64,000 nt of DNA, taken from assembly GCA_021414205.1 (NCBI GenBank), contig JAIOOW010000003.1:128048-192047 (forward strand), read 5' to 3'. Shown here one piece after another: positions 18,983 through 28,921 of the stretch. The position numbers were made by a program, and so were the translations under genes. This stretch comes from Candidatus Anderseniibacteriota bacterium (GTDB lineage: Bacteria; Patescibacteriota; Andersenbacteria; UBA10190). Position 1 is the stretch's first letter. Every line of letters starts with the position of its first letter. Below the pieces are notes generated by a model, which did no database searches, was not told where the DNA came from, and was given only the letters and a program-made list of their open reading frames with translations.

Positions 18983-19648
18983 ATGAGCTATAAGGGTGGT
19001 CTATATATAATAGTGGCAATCATTGCATCCTGTGTTTTTGCTACTCATGCAGCGCATGCGCAAAGCAGTCTTGCTGCGGAGCAGATTCAGATAGATGCAA
19101 GCAGTGTTCCGCAGTTTCATCGATCATGGTGGCAGACGTTGCTTTCGTATGTAGGCCTTAAGAGTAATAATGGGGCGCCTCTGCCGGTAGGTACGACATT
19201 TCATGTCACTTCAAGTGCGTATGCTCCATCGAAGTATCAGACAGATGCAAACCCTTGTGTTACTGCTGCTGGGACTATTGTTCGACCCGGTGTTGTTGCA
19301 ACAAATTTTTTGCCATTAGGGACCATTCTTGCAATCAGCGGAGATGTTCAAAAATATATCGTTGAAGATCGAATGAACGCTCGATACAAAGGGTACTATA
19401 TGGATATTTGGTTTCCTTCTACCAGCAAGGCGCTGGAGTTTGGTAGAAAAAAGCTCGATATTACTATTGTTGCGTATGGGAAGCCGGGCGATCCGCTTAT
19501 ACTTCCAACACCTACGCCCTTGGTACAGCCAGCAAGTAGTAGTAAGAAGAATATTTGGAATTCTCTGGCGGATTCGGCAGTATTGATTGGAAAGCTTCTT
19601 ATGAGTAAAACAGATCCAAATCACTATGATGTTACGTGTTCTCAGTAA
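18983..19648 (+). CDS. Secreted 3D-domain cell-wall protein
   Basis: Signal peptide; SAY..QTD..TAAG, LPLGT, VEDR, MDIWF. Confidence 0.82.
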   Translation: MSYKGGLYIIVAIIASCVFATHAAHAQSSLAAEQIQIDASSVPQFHRSWWQTLLSYVGLKSNNGAPLPVGTTFHVTSSAYAPSKYQTDANPCVTAAGTIVRPGVVATNFLPLGTILAISGDVQKYIVEDRMNARYKGYYMDIWFPSTSKALEFGRKKLDITIVAYGKPGDPLILPTPTPLVQPASSSKKNIWNSLADSAVLIGKLLMSKTDPNHYDVTCSQ

Positions 19649-20771
19649 ATATATTATCGCATTAGCACTTGTTATTCCGTTTGCCCATGCAGACGCTCGG
19701 GATGTATTGCTCGATACCGTTTCAATTCCTTCGGATAAGGTTGCTGCAATTAAGCAGCAGGGAATAATCTTTGCGTATAAAACAAAAACTTGGACGCTTA
19801 CTGCAAAACAAGCGCAGTCGTTGTATAAAACAATTTCCAATGGCGATGGTACGTATGCACTGCAACTAAAACCAGGAGCAATTTATTCGTATCTCAATAT
19901 TTATATTTCTCCTAAAGTAAACGATATTGGAGAGCAGAGTAGGTTTGTGCGCGATGCGAATGGTGATGTTGTTCTTGTGCATGGTGGCCGGAAAGGCAGT
20001 ATCGTAGATGGTATTAAGACATCGCTTGCGCTCCGCAGCGCATTAGTAAAAGGGCAAACGAAAGTTGCGGTATCGATGAAAGAATATCGCCCCTCAATAT
20101 TTTCTGCAGACGATTTTGCAAAGCTTCGGTTCCCGAACCTGCTCACAACAGGCACTACCAGTTTTGCCGGGAGCCCATCTAACCGCATTCATAATATTAT
20201 AGTCGGAACAGAAAAGTTTAATGGTGTTGCAGTAATGCCAGGGGAAACGTTCTCGTTTAATAATTATTTGGGGCAGGTAGATGCTGAGAACGGATATTTG
20301 CCGGAGTTAGTTATTAAAGAAAATGTCACCACTCCAGAATTCGGTGGGGGAATCTGCCAGATTTCTACTACAGCGTTTCGCGCAGCTGTATATGCGGGAT
20401 TAGAAGTAACGGATCGCCATAATCATTCGTATCCGGTGTCGTATTATGGGGCTCCGGGGTTTGATGCAACGGTATATGAGCCTAATCCAGATTTTAAGTT
20501 TAAAAACGATATGAAAACACCAATCCTCCTAAAAACGTCCGTTATAGGCTCAAAAGTAAACTTTGAAGTATGGGGAACTGCCGATGGCAGAACTGTGCAG
20601 GTTAATGGCCCGTTCGTGACAGAGAAAAAGCCAGATGGCTCTCTTACGACGGCTCTTGCGCAGATCGTAACAAAAGCAGGGAAGACGATTCGGGAGGCAA
20701 ATTTTGTATCGCATTATCAGCCTGCAAGTAAATTTCCTCACGTAACAGCGGCAAACGGAGAGAAGTCATAA
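19626..20771 (+). CDS. VanW-domain protein
   Basis: NRIHNI, PGETFSFN, GGGICQISTT, HNHS, GFDATV. Confidence 0.88.
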   Translation: MMLRVLSKYIIALALVIPFAHADARDVLLDTVSIPSDKVAAIKQQGIIFAYKTKTWTLTAKQAQSLYKTISNGDGTYALQLKPGAIYSYLNIYISPKVNDIGEQSRFVRDANGDVVLVHGGRKGSIVDGIKTSLALRSALVKGQTKVAVSMKEYRPSIFSADDFAKLRFPNLLTTGTTSFAGSPSNRIHNIIVGTEKFNGVAVMPGETFSFNNYLGQVDAENGYLPELVIKENVTTPEFGGGICQISTTAFRAAVYAGLEVTDRHNHSYPVSYYGAPGFDATVYEPNPDFKFKNDMKTPILLKTSVIGSKVNFEVWGTADGRTVQVNGPFVTEKKPDGSLTTALAQIVTKAGKTIREANFVSHYQPASKFPHVTAANGEKS

Positions 20772-20932
20772 AGGGGCAACAGACTTGCCTAAATGAGAAT
20801 TGTATGCAATACTAGCGGTACGAGGGTCCAAACGACTCTAAACGCGACGTAAGAAGCATTCGTTCGAAGATATCGAGCGTCAAGCAATAAGCGTTATGAC
20901 CTCGATATTTTAAACGAAAGGCGGTGATTTGT

Positions 20933-21223
20933 ATGAATTCATTTAACAATGCAGATCGACAAATGTTCGATGCTACTTGTTCAAAGTGTGGGAACGAAAC
21001 TCAGGTTCCGTTCCAACCATCAGGTGACCGACCAGTCTACTGTAACGACTGTTTCCGCGAGATGCGAGGACAGCAAACAGGAGGTGCTGGACGACCAATG
21101 GGGGATCGACAGATGTTCGACGCAGTATGCGCGACGTGTGGAGCTCCAACTCAGGTTCCGTTCCAACCATCTGAAGGGCGACCGGTATATTGCCGAGAGC
21201 ACTACAAGCGAGACCGAATGTAA
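20933..21223 (+). CDS. CxxC-x17-CxxC zinc-ribbon protein, two tandem domains
   Basis: CSKCG..VPFQP..RPVYCNDC and CATCG..VPFQP..RPVYCREH; SD AAGGCGGTGA. Confidence 0.88.
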   Translation: MNSFNNADRQMFDATCSKCGNETQVPFQPSGDRPVYCNDCFREMRGQQTGGAGRPMGDRQMFDAVCATCGAPTQVPFQPSEGRPVYCREHYKRDRM

Positions 21224-21240
21224 TCCATTCGTTATCGAAC

Positions 21241-21270
21241 AAAAAGTCCCCGAAAGGGGATTTTTTGTTT
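21241..21270 (+). terminator. Intrinsic terminator
   Basis: AAAAAGTCCCC-GAAA-GGGGATTTTTT. Confidence 0.85.
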
Positions 21271-21358
21271 GCTAAAAATAGTATCTCTGCTACCGTTTTG
21301 CCTAGAGGAGGCGATGTTCGCCTCCTATGTAATTGTTCTTCGAAAATTGAGGTAAATC

Positions 21359-22402
21359 ATGACGCAGCAAACCGCGTATGAATCGGCAGGCGTTAATATT
21401 GATGCAGGCGAGCATTTTGTTCGATTGATTCGTGATCGCATTCAGGCAGCATGGCCAGGTGCTGAGAGGGAGATTGGCGGCTTTGCCGGGCAGTTTCGCC
21501 TTGGGGGTAAGTACAACGGTATGGCGTGCACTGATGGGTCTGGGACAGTCGCAATTCTGTGCGCTCTTACAGAGAGGTGGGAGACGCTGGGACAAAATGC
21601 TGCAGCGATGACGCTTGTTGATCTGTTTGTAGCCGGAGCGCGACCGAACGCATTGTTGGACGTACTTGATGTGGCAAAGCTGAACCCAGAAAAACACATT
21701 GGCATTATTGATGGGATGATCACTGGATGCAAAATGGCGGATTCAAGATGCATGTTGATTGGTGGCGAAACTGCCGAATTGCCAGACATGTTTGCGCAAT
21801 CATGGATGGTGAATGTGAATACAACTGCTATCGGAACCCCTCGATACGACAACGGTTCTTCTGAATCTGTGGGGGCTGGCCAAATAGTATGCGGGTGGCC
21901 TTCAAATGGTTTTGGTTCGAATGGTTTTTCGCTGGTACGCAAAGTATTCGGGCTAAGAGGAGATCCTGCGGATATGTTGAATAAACTGGATGAAGTATGG
22001 TCGGATCTTGGTATGTCGCTCGCAGATGCTATATTACAACCAACTCCTATCTGGATTTCCGAGATTGAGAATAACAGTATAGGCGTAGGCCTTGCAGCGC
22101 ACGCCCACATTACAGGAGGAGGATTGGTTGGCAATATTCCACGCATTCTTCCGCCGGATATGAAAGTCGTTCTCGATCGTTCGCGATGGAAACGGCCACC
22201 AATCTTTAAGCTGACGCAAAAAGTTGGGGACATTCCAGAAGAAGAAATGAATCGAGTCTTTAATCAAGGACTGATGATGGTTTCGATTGCGAGGCAAGGG
22301 TTTACAAGACATGGTTCCCAATTCTGCCAGGATATTGGGGTGGTGGAAGCAAGGAAGGGAAATGAGCCACAAGTCCAATTCATTGGAAAATTCCAGTCGT
22401 GA
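21359..22402 (+). CDS. purM: PurM (AIR synthetase)-like protein, divergent
   Basis: YESAGVNI, GGFAG, GGETAE, AHITGGG, RVFNQG. Confidence 0.8.
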   Translation: MTQQTAYESAGVNIDAGEHFVRLIRDRIQAAWPGAEREIGGFAGQFRLGGKYNGMACTDGSGTVAILCALTERWETLGQNAAAMTLVDLFVAGARPNALLDVLDVAKLNPEKHIGIIDGMITGCKMADSRCMLIGGETAELPDMFAQSWMVNVNTTAIGTPRYDNGSSESVGAGQIVCGWPSNGFGSNGFSLVRKVFGLRGDPADMLNKLDEVWSDLGMSLADAILQPTPIWISEIENNSIGVGLAAHAHITGGGLVGNIPRILPPDMKVVLDRSRWKRPPIFKLTQKVGDIPEEEMNRVFNQGLMMVSIARQGFTRHGSQFCQDIGVVEARKGNEPQVQFIGKFQS

Positions 22403-22429
22403 TACGAAAAAGATTCACTGTTGAATCTC

Positions 22430-22460
22430 GCGGGTGCCCAACAAACACCCGTTTTTATTT
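22430..22460 (+). terminator. Probable intrinsic terminator
   Basis: CGGGTG...CACCCG followed by TTTTTATTT. Confidence 0.5.
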
Positions 22461-23021
22461 AAATAAATGCACGAGTGTCTGCCAGTGGCTGGAGAGTAAT
22501 AAAAATCCCACAACGAGCAATGCTCCGCGGACTAAAAATAATTCTACGAAGCTTCCAGTAGTAACGCGAAGTTCTTCAGGGCCAGGCGGTAATTTTAAGC
22601 TCCAAGGGATTGGCCATAGCCACGGAACACCTTGATCGGTCAGTGTGTCTGCGATCGGATGGGAGATGTATCCGATTAAGAATGCAGCAAGAACTATGAA
22701 TGCTTGAGGGTAAAATTCAGGTTGAATAAATGTGAGAATAATCCAGCGTAACATAAGGGCGATGATCGCAATTCCGAGCAAGCTGTGTGTAAAATGGCGA
22801 TGTCCGCCTGAAACTGCAGAGAATAGCTTATGAACAGTCTTACCTCCTAATGTTCTGCGAAATAAGCTCGCTGTCGGTTGGTCCAAATCCGGTGTAAGCG
22901 CGCCGACCATGACTGCAAATATTGCAATAATTGCTAACACTGGTCCTAATGAAACGGGGTAGGAGAGCAGTACCCAGAATGCTGCGATAAGTGCGATCAT
23001 CTGATGCGTAGTTCCGGTCAT
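22455..23021 (-). CDS. YdjM-like membrane metal-dependent hydrolase
   Basis: TH, GALTPDLD, HRHFTHS, SHPIADTLT. Confidence 0.88.
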   Translation of the reverse strand: MTGTTHQMIALIAAFWVLLSYPVSLGPVLAIIAIFAVMVGALTPDLDQPTASLFRRTLGGKTVHKLFSAVSGGHRHFTHSLLGIAIIALMLRWIILTFIQPEFYPQAFIVLAAFLIGYISHPIADTLTDQGVPWLWPIPWSLKLPPGPEELRVTTGSFVELFLVRGALLVVGFLLLSSHWQTLVHLFK

Positions 23022-23074
23022 GTGGTGGAGTATATACTGTTGTGGGAATCTTGGTATATGCCCATACTCTATAT

Positions 23075-23743
23075 ATGAACAAGGCGCTGGTCGTAATTGC
23101 ACTAGGAGTGGTCGCATTTGTGGGGATGGCCGCATTTCTATCAACAAGAAAACAAGATAATTCAAATCCAACACCGACAGCATCTTCTGTTGCATCCGTT
23201 GCGCCAGTAGTGCGTGAAGAGCAGGCGACTACAACTCCGTCTGCAGTTCCGAATACTGCCCTCGCGTATCCGATCGGGGATTTCAAGAACAGGATTACAA
23301 AAAAGTTTTTTGGAACATACGTAACGCCGAACAATTCTCCTGTTCAACCGGAAAAGTTTACCGGATACCATACCGGGGTCGATGTTGAGTATACGGATAT
23401 TGATACGGATGTTCCGGTATATGCAATCTCGGATGGCACTGTATTGCTGGCCCGCTGGGCATCCGGATACGGCGGAGTGATTGCAATTCAACACAAGATA
23501 AACGGCCAGCCTGTCATCGCAATCTACGGCCACGTGAACCCTGAGCAGCTTCCAAAAGTAGGGCAGAAAGTAGTAAAAGGACAAAAGATAGGTATTCTAG
23601 GTAAGGGGTATAGCCATGAAACGGACGGCGAGCGAAAGCATCTGCATTTTGGATTAGTAAAAGGGGTAAAGTTTACCTTACTCGGATATGTACCGAATAA
23701 ATCCCAACTTTCCGCATGGATCGATCCGATGACGGTGTTTTAA
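23075..23743 (+). CDS. M23 family peptidoglycan metallopeptidase
   Basis: HTGVD, YGH, HLHFG; N-terminal TM helix. Confidence 0.92.
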   Translation: MNKALVVIALGVVAFVGMAAFLSTRKQDNSNPTPTASSVASVAPVVREEQATTTPSAVPNTALAYPIGDFKNRITKKFFGTYVTPNNSPVQPEKFTGYHTGVDVEYTDIDTDVPVYAISDGTVLLARWASGYGGVIAIQHKINGQPVIAIYGHVNPEQLPKVGQKVVKGQKIGILGKGYSHETDGERKHLHFGLVKGVKFTLLGYVPNKSQLSAWIDPMTVF

Positions 23744-23838
23744 AAATGCTCCTGCGCTCCAAGTAGGAATTTGTATAGTAAGTATAGGTGGTATGGAGGT
23801 TCCGTTTCTGCTCTCTATCCAATGAAAGGGGGTGTGTG

Positions 23839-24039
23839 ATGCAGAATAATGACGTGCCGGAAATTCTGGTTCGGCTGGAGAAAATGGATCCCAAAGACTT
23901 TGATGTCCGGGATTACCGAGAATTAATGCAACGATTTCATGATTGGAATTTGAGCGGGTCGCCGTACGCTGACCGGGCGAAGACGATTTTGCGAAAGGCG
24001 AGTGGGTGTTTTACTGCAGATCAGTTACGGATTAAGTAA
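23839..24039 (+). CDS. Small hypothetical protein
   Basis: SD-like GAAAGGGGGTG before ATG; 66 aa. Confidence 0.45.
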   Translation: MQNNDVPEILVRLEKMDPKDFDVRDYRELMQRFHDWNLSGSPYADRAKTILRKASGCFTADQLRIK

Positions 24040-24175
24040 GGAAGTAGCCATGTCTTATCCTGCTCATGGACGAAGGTTATACCGCGTGGATTAAATTCTT
24101 TCTTTTTAAGAACCCACGCTATTTCTTTTGAGAAAAAATGGACAAGATTGATATAAAGTGCTAAAAACTGTATAC

Positions 24176-24247
24176 GGCTTCATCGTCTAACGGCTAGGAC
24201 GCTGCCCTTTCAAGGCGGAAACAGGGGTTCGATTCCCCTTGGAGCTA
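24176..24247 (+). tRNA. tRNA-Glu(TTC)
   Basis: CTGCC-CT TTC AA-GGCGG; GGTTCGATTCCC. Confidence 0.93.
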
Positions 24248-24254
24248 CAAATTC

Positions 24255-25292
24255 ATGAAAAAGAGTACAACTATACTGGCAATTGAATCTTCGTGCGATG
24301 ACACTGGTATTGCTGTGCTGCGCAAAGAAGGGGATTCTGTTGAGGTGTTGGCTAGCTTAGTGACGTCGCAAGACATTCATGCAGCTACGGGGGGAGTGAT
24401 TCCCGAAGAGGCCGCAAAAGAGCATCTTCGCGTTATAAGCCCGATGGTTACGGCTGTTATGGGAGATGCTAGGGTTGGTAAAGAGGATATTGATGCCATT
24501 GCACTCACCGTTGGGCCTGGGTTGATGCCGTCGCTTGCTATTGGGGTGCAAGCGGGGAAGGTGCTGGCATATGCGTGGGATAAGCCTATTGTCCCGGTGC
24601 ATCACATCGAAGGGCATGTGTATTCCGCGCTCCTTATGGGAAAGCAAGAATTCCCGGCGCTTGCCGTTATTATTTCCGGCGGGCACACCATGCTTATAAA
24701 AGTTGATAACTATTTATCGTACACAATACTTGGGCAGACGCGGGATGATGCAGTAGGGGAAGTGTTCGATAAAGTAGCTCGCATGCTGGGCTTAGGGTAT
24801 CCGGGCGGTCCGAAAGTAAGCGCGCTTGCAATCAAAGGAAATCCGAATGCGTATGATTTTCCTCGCCCGATGGAGCATTCTCATGACTTAGATTTTAGCT
24901 ATTCCGGATTAAAGACCGCTGTTTTGTATCAGATTCGCGATATAGGCGACGCAATAATAGAAGAGGATCGAGCAAATATTGCTGCCAGCTTTCAGCAGGC
25001 GATATGCGATTCTGTTGCAGGCAAAATTAAGCATGCGCTTACACAAGGCGAATATAAAAGCATCCTCTTTGCGGGCGGAGTTGCTGCAAATACGGCATTG
25101 CGAGATCGAATTGCAGAAATTGCGGACAATAAGCGCATTTTATTGCACGTTGCCCCTCGGGAATTGTGTGGAGATAATGCAGTTATGATCGGGCAAGCAG
25201 GCGTGTACGCGTATGAAGCAGGAAGGTTGGAAAGCTGGAAAGACGTCGACGCCGTTGCGCGAATTTCTATCGAAAAATTTTCGTTACATTAA
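24255..25292 (+). CDS. tsaD: tRNA N6-threonylcarbamoyltransferase TsaD
   Basis: IESSCDDT, HHIEGH, SGGHT, TRDDAVGE, DNAVMI. Confidence 0.96.
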   Translation: MKKSTTILAIESSCDDTGIAVLRKEGDSVEVLASLVTSQDIHAATGGVIPEEAAKEHLRVISPMVTAVMGDARVGKEDIDAIALTVGPGLMPSLAIGVQAGKVLAYAWDKPIVPVHHIEGHVYSALLMGKQEFPALAVIISGGHTMLIKVDNYLSYTILGQTRDDAVGEVFDKVARMLGLGYPGGPKVSALAIKGNPNAYDFPRPMEHSHDLDFSYSGLKTAVLYQIRDIGDAIIEEDRANIAASFQQAICDSVAGKIKHALTQGEYKSILFAGGVAANTALRDRIAEIADNKRILLHVAPRELCGDNAVMIGQAGVYAYEAGRLESWKDVDAVARISIEKFSLH

Positions 25293-25733
25293 TTCTTTAC
25301 TGGTAGCGGATGGGCTAACGGAATCTCGGATGGTAAGGAGTACGGATCGGCGGAGGCGGGCGCATGAATCGTGAGAACATTTTGCCAAATGGTTTGCAAC
25401 AACAGTGAAATTTTTATTTTCGCTGATATTCATTGCATGTTTTGGTCCGTACAAAAATGATTGGCATTCCATGCACCCTAATAGGGCATTTTCTGAAAAC
25501 AGCCATTTAATTTTTGCGTACATGCTTTCTCGAACTTTTTTTCGAAGTCCTTGGCAGTCTTTCTTTCTGCAATCGCTCAAGTGCTCGAGCGCATTACGGA
25601 ATCCTACTTGTCCTGCAACGGAGAACACGAATGCCGGCATGCACGATTTATGCGCTTCGCTGCATGTAAATCCTTCAGATTTTTCTTCTTGCCCTACTAC
25701 GCTTACCGATTCAATTGCAATTGTGTATGACAT
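25284..25733 (-). CDS. Cys/His-rich hypothetical protein with duplicated HLxxCx4C motif
   Basis: HLSDCRKKDC..LR and HLAKCSHDSC..LR. Confidence 0.6.
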   Translation of the reverse strand: MSYTIAIESVSVVGQEEKSEGFTCSEAHKSCMPAFVFSVAGQVGFRNALEHLSDCRKKDCQGLRKKVRESMYAKIKWLFSENALLGCMECQSFLYGPKHAMNISENKNFTVVANHLAKCSHDSCARLRRSVLLTIRDSVSPSATSKELM

Positions 25734-25808
25734 GTATTTCCACATCATAACGTAGGCCCATCATGTCCGCTAGATTGATTTTTAAGCATCTTGGGGCATA
25801 CTATGCAC

Positions 25809-28364
25809 ATGCCCGCATTATCTGCTCAATACAGCCCAAAAGATAACGAGGAAGCCATCTACAAGAAATGGGAAGCTTCAGGAGCCTTTCAGCCAAACGC
25901 TGATACCTTAAAGGCAGGAAAGAAGCCGTTTGTAGTTATGCTACCACCGCCAAATATTACAGGAGTGCTTCATATGGGCCATGCGCTGCAAGATACGATT
26001 ATGGATATTTTGGTGCGATGGCACCGCATGCAGGGCGAACCTACGCTATGGATGCCAGGAACGGATCACGCAGCATTGCCGACGAATAAAATAATCGTGG
26101 ATCAATTATTTGCGGAAGGAAAAACAAAAGAAGATATCGGTCGTGAAGCGTTCATAGAAAAAACGGAGGAGTGGTACGAAAAAACGGGAGCGCTTATTTT
26201 GAATCAAATGAAGCGATTGGGTGCGTCGTGCGATTGGAGTCGCGAGCGGTTCACTATGGACACGAAATATGTTCAGTCAGTGAACGAAACATTTTTGCAG
26301 TATTATAAAAAAGGATACATCTATCGCGGAGCGAGGATTGTGAATTGGGACCCAAAAACGCAAACGACTGTTTCCGATTTGGAAATCGATTATAAAACAG
26401 AGAAAGCGCCCTTGTATACATTTCAATATGGTCCGTTTCAGATCAGCACATCTCGCCCGGAAACAAAATTTGGAGATAAATATGTGGTGATGCATCCGGA
26501 TGATGCCCGGTATGCGCAGTACAAGCACGGCGATACGTTTACGGCGAAATGGATTAATGGAGAAGTTATGGCGACTGTTATTAAAGATGATTCTATTGAT
26601 ATGAAATTCGGTACGGGCGTCATGACAATCACGCCATGGCACGACGTAACGGATTTTGAGATTGCGCAACGCCATAAACTTCCAATGGAGCAAATTATTG
26701 ATTTTGAAGGAAAGTTATTGCCGATTGCCGGAGAGTTTGCGGGCATGAAGATTGAGGCTGCGCGCCCAAAGATTGCAGAAAAGCTAGAGCAAATGGGGTT
26801 GCTTGTGTCTGTGAATAAAAAATATGAACATAATGTTGCCTTAAACGACCGTGGAAAAGGTGTTATCGAGCCTCAGGTGATGCGTCAGTGGTTTGTTGAT
26901 ATGTCGAAATTAAAAGAAGAAGCGATTGCTGTTGCAAAGGACGGTCAAGTTCGCTTTGTGCCTTCTCGATGGAAAGAGCATTTTATTACATGGATGGAGA
27001 ATGTGCATGATTGGAATATTAATCGGCAAATTTGGCTTGGGCATCGCTTGCCAGTGTGGTGGAAGAAAGGGGCGCATGGTACGGAAAATGAGGAGGGCAA
27101 CTTTGTAGTTTCTGTCGAAAAGCCGAAAGGCGACTATGAGCAAGACCCCGATACACTCGACACGTGGTTTTCATCCGCGCTATGGCCGTTTGCAACGCTA
27201 GGGTGGCCGGAGCAAACAGAAGATTTAAAAACATTTTATCCTACAAGCGTATTGGTAACAGCTAGAGAGATTTTATATTTGTGGGTTGCTCGCATGGTAT
27301 TTTCCGGATTGGAATTAGCGGGAAATATTCCGTTTAAGGATGTATTAATTCATCCTGTAGTTCTTGCAAAGAACGGGCAGCGCATGAGTAAGTCTCTTGG
27401 GACGGGTGTGGATCCGCTCGAGTTGATTGAGGCGCACGGCGCCGATGCAACGAGATTTGGGCTTATGCATCAGATGAGTTTCGATATGCAGCAAATGAAA
27501 TTCGATCCGGAAGCGATTCGTTCTGCGCAAAACTTCGCGAATAAGTTATGGAATATTGCGCGCTTGCTCGATGGATTGGAAGATAGGGAGCAGGTAACTA
27601 TTGCAGATCAATGGATTGCATCGCGTGCTCAAGAAATTTCTCAAGAGGTAAGTGTTCTGCTTACTGAGTATAAAATCGGAGAAGCTGCGAGGCTGCTGCA
27701 AGATTTCGTGTGGTCTGATTTTGCTGACTGGTATGTAGAGATTGTGAAAAAAGAAGGTTCAACAAGTATTGCTCGAGGAGTATTCGCGGACATTCTCAAA
27801 ATGCTCCATCCGTTTATGCCGTTTATTACGGAGGTTCTTTGGGAACATAGTGGAAATACGGATATGCTCATTACTTCGCAGTGGAAGTTTGAGTCGCATT
27901 CAAAATCAGATGCTGCGCACGATACAGTGCAGCAGATGGACTTGTTTCGCTCAGCGGTGAGTGCAATTCGATCCGCCAGAATATTGTTCGGCGTTTCTAT
28001 GGGTAGTACGGTTGAGGTGTATATCCCAGAAGGTGTGGCAATGCCAGAATCATTTGAACGCATGGCGCATGCGCGTATTGTTGGGGAGAAAAAAGAAACG
28101 ATGCGTTCATATCCAATTGCAACGGGCGGAGTATTATTCTTACATTCAGATGAAATTACGAGCGAGGCGCTAGAAAAAGGCAGAGCATTGCTCGATGCTC
28201 GCGCACAAAAGATTGAAGCAGAAATTACTGCTGTTACGCAGATCGTATCTACGATGGAAGGAAGGGCGCCGGAAGAAAAAGTGAAAGAAAAGAAAGATCA
28301 GCTTGTTGAGTTGCAAAAACAATTACAAGATATTCAAGACAGCAGAGCATTACTTGTGTTATAG
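25809..28364 (+). CDS. valS: Valine--tRNA ligase
   Basis: PPPNITGVLHMGH, RQIWLGHR, DTWFSS, RMSKS, C-terminal coiled coil. Confidence 0.97.
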   Translation: MPALSAQYSPKDNEEAIYKKWEASGAFQPNADTLKAGKKPFVVMLPPPNITGVLHMGHALQDTIMDILVRWHRMQGEPTLWMPGTDHAALPTNKIIVDQLFAEGKTKEDIGREAFIEKTEEWYEKTGALILNQMKRLGASCDWSRERFTMDTKYVQSVNETFLQYYKKGYIYRGARIVNWDPKTQTTVSDLEIDYKTEKAPLYTFQYGPFQISTSRPETKFGDKYVVMHPDDARYAQYKHGDTFTAKWINGEVMATVIKDDSIDMKFGTGVMTITPWHDVTDFEIAQRHKLPMEQIIDFEGKLLPIAGEFAGMKIEAARPKIAEKLEQMGLLVSVNKKYEHNVALNDRGKGVIEPQVMRQWFVDMSKLKEEAIAVAKDGQVRFVPSRWKEHFITWMENVHDWNINRQIWLGHRLPVWWKKGAHGTENEEGNFVVSVEKPKGDYEQDPDTLDTWFSSALWPFATLGWPEQTEDLKTFYPTSVLVTAREILYLWVARMVFSGLELAGNIPFKDVLIHPVVLAKNGQRMSKSLGTGVDPLELIEAHGADATRFGLMHQMSFDMQQMKFDPEAIRSAQNFANKLWNIARLLDGLEDREQVTIADQWIASRAQEISQEVSVLLTEYKIGEAARLLQDFVWSDFADWYVEIVKKEGSTSIARGVFADILKMLHPFMPFITEVLWEHSGNTDMLITSQWKFESHSKSDAAHDTVQQMDLFRSAVSAIRSARILFGVSMGSTVEVYIPEGVAMPESFERMAHARIVGEKKETMRSYPIATGGVLFLHSDEITSEALEKGRALLDARAQKIEAEITAVTQIVSTMEGRAPEEKVKEKKDQLVELQKQLQDIQDSRALLVL

Positions 28365-28375
28365 TGAATGTAATT

Positions 28376-28921
28376 ATGACGCAAGAACCACGAAGTTTTT
28401 TTGAACGATTAACGGGAGCGAAAGTGTTGCGCAGCCCGGGAGATTCCGAAGATCAAGAAATTCCTATTCATGACACTCAGCGCCAAGAACCAGAGTTCGC
28501 GCAAAGAGAAGTTGCTACGGTGCTATCTGAAATAGAGCCGGAGGTTGAAGATGGGTACGGTGACGATGAATTGCTTGGAGATGAAGAGCAAGAAGGGCAG
28601 CTTACGGTAGATGTGTTTCAGGATAACGAGAATATTATTATTCAAAGTACGGTTGCGGGCGTATCTCCTGACGACTTAGATGTTTCTATTACAAATGATA
28701 TGGTAACGATTCGAGGAGAGCGCAAGCGCACATACGATGTTTCCGATCAAGATTATTTTTACCAAGAATGCTACTGGGGTACATTTTCTCGATCCATTAT
28801 ATTGCCTGTTGAAATTGATGCAGATAATGCAGAGGCAAAAATGAAAAACGGAGTGCTTACGATTCGCATTCCAAAAGCGAACATTGCTATAACGCGCAAA
28901 CTGAAAGTAAAGGACGCGTAA
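28376..28921 (+). CDS. Hsp20/alpha-crystallin small heat-shock protein
   Basis: FSRSIILP, AKMKNGVLTIRIPK; acidic N-terminus. Confidence 0.93.
   Translation: MTQEPRSFFERLTGAKVLRSPGDSEDQEIPIHDTQRQEPEFAQREVATVLSEIEPEVEDGYGDDELLGDEEQEGQLTVDVFQDNENIIIQSTVAGVSPDDLDVSITNDMVTIRGERKRTYDVSDQDYFYQECYWGTFSRSIILPVEIDADNAEAKMKNGVLTIRIPKANIAITRKLKVKDA

Noticed and set aside
20953-21200. Direct repeats as a CRISPR array
   Set aside because: Only two copies, in frame within a duplicated protein domain
21442-22233. Long antisense ORFs (also 49188-49847, 44247-44789 and others)
   Set aside because: They shadow well-supported genes on the opposite strand
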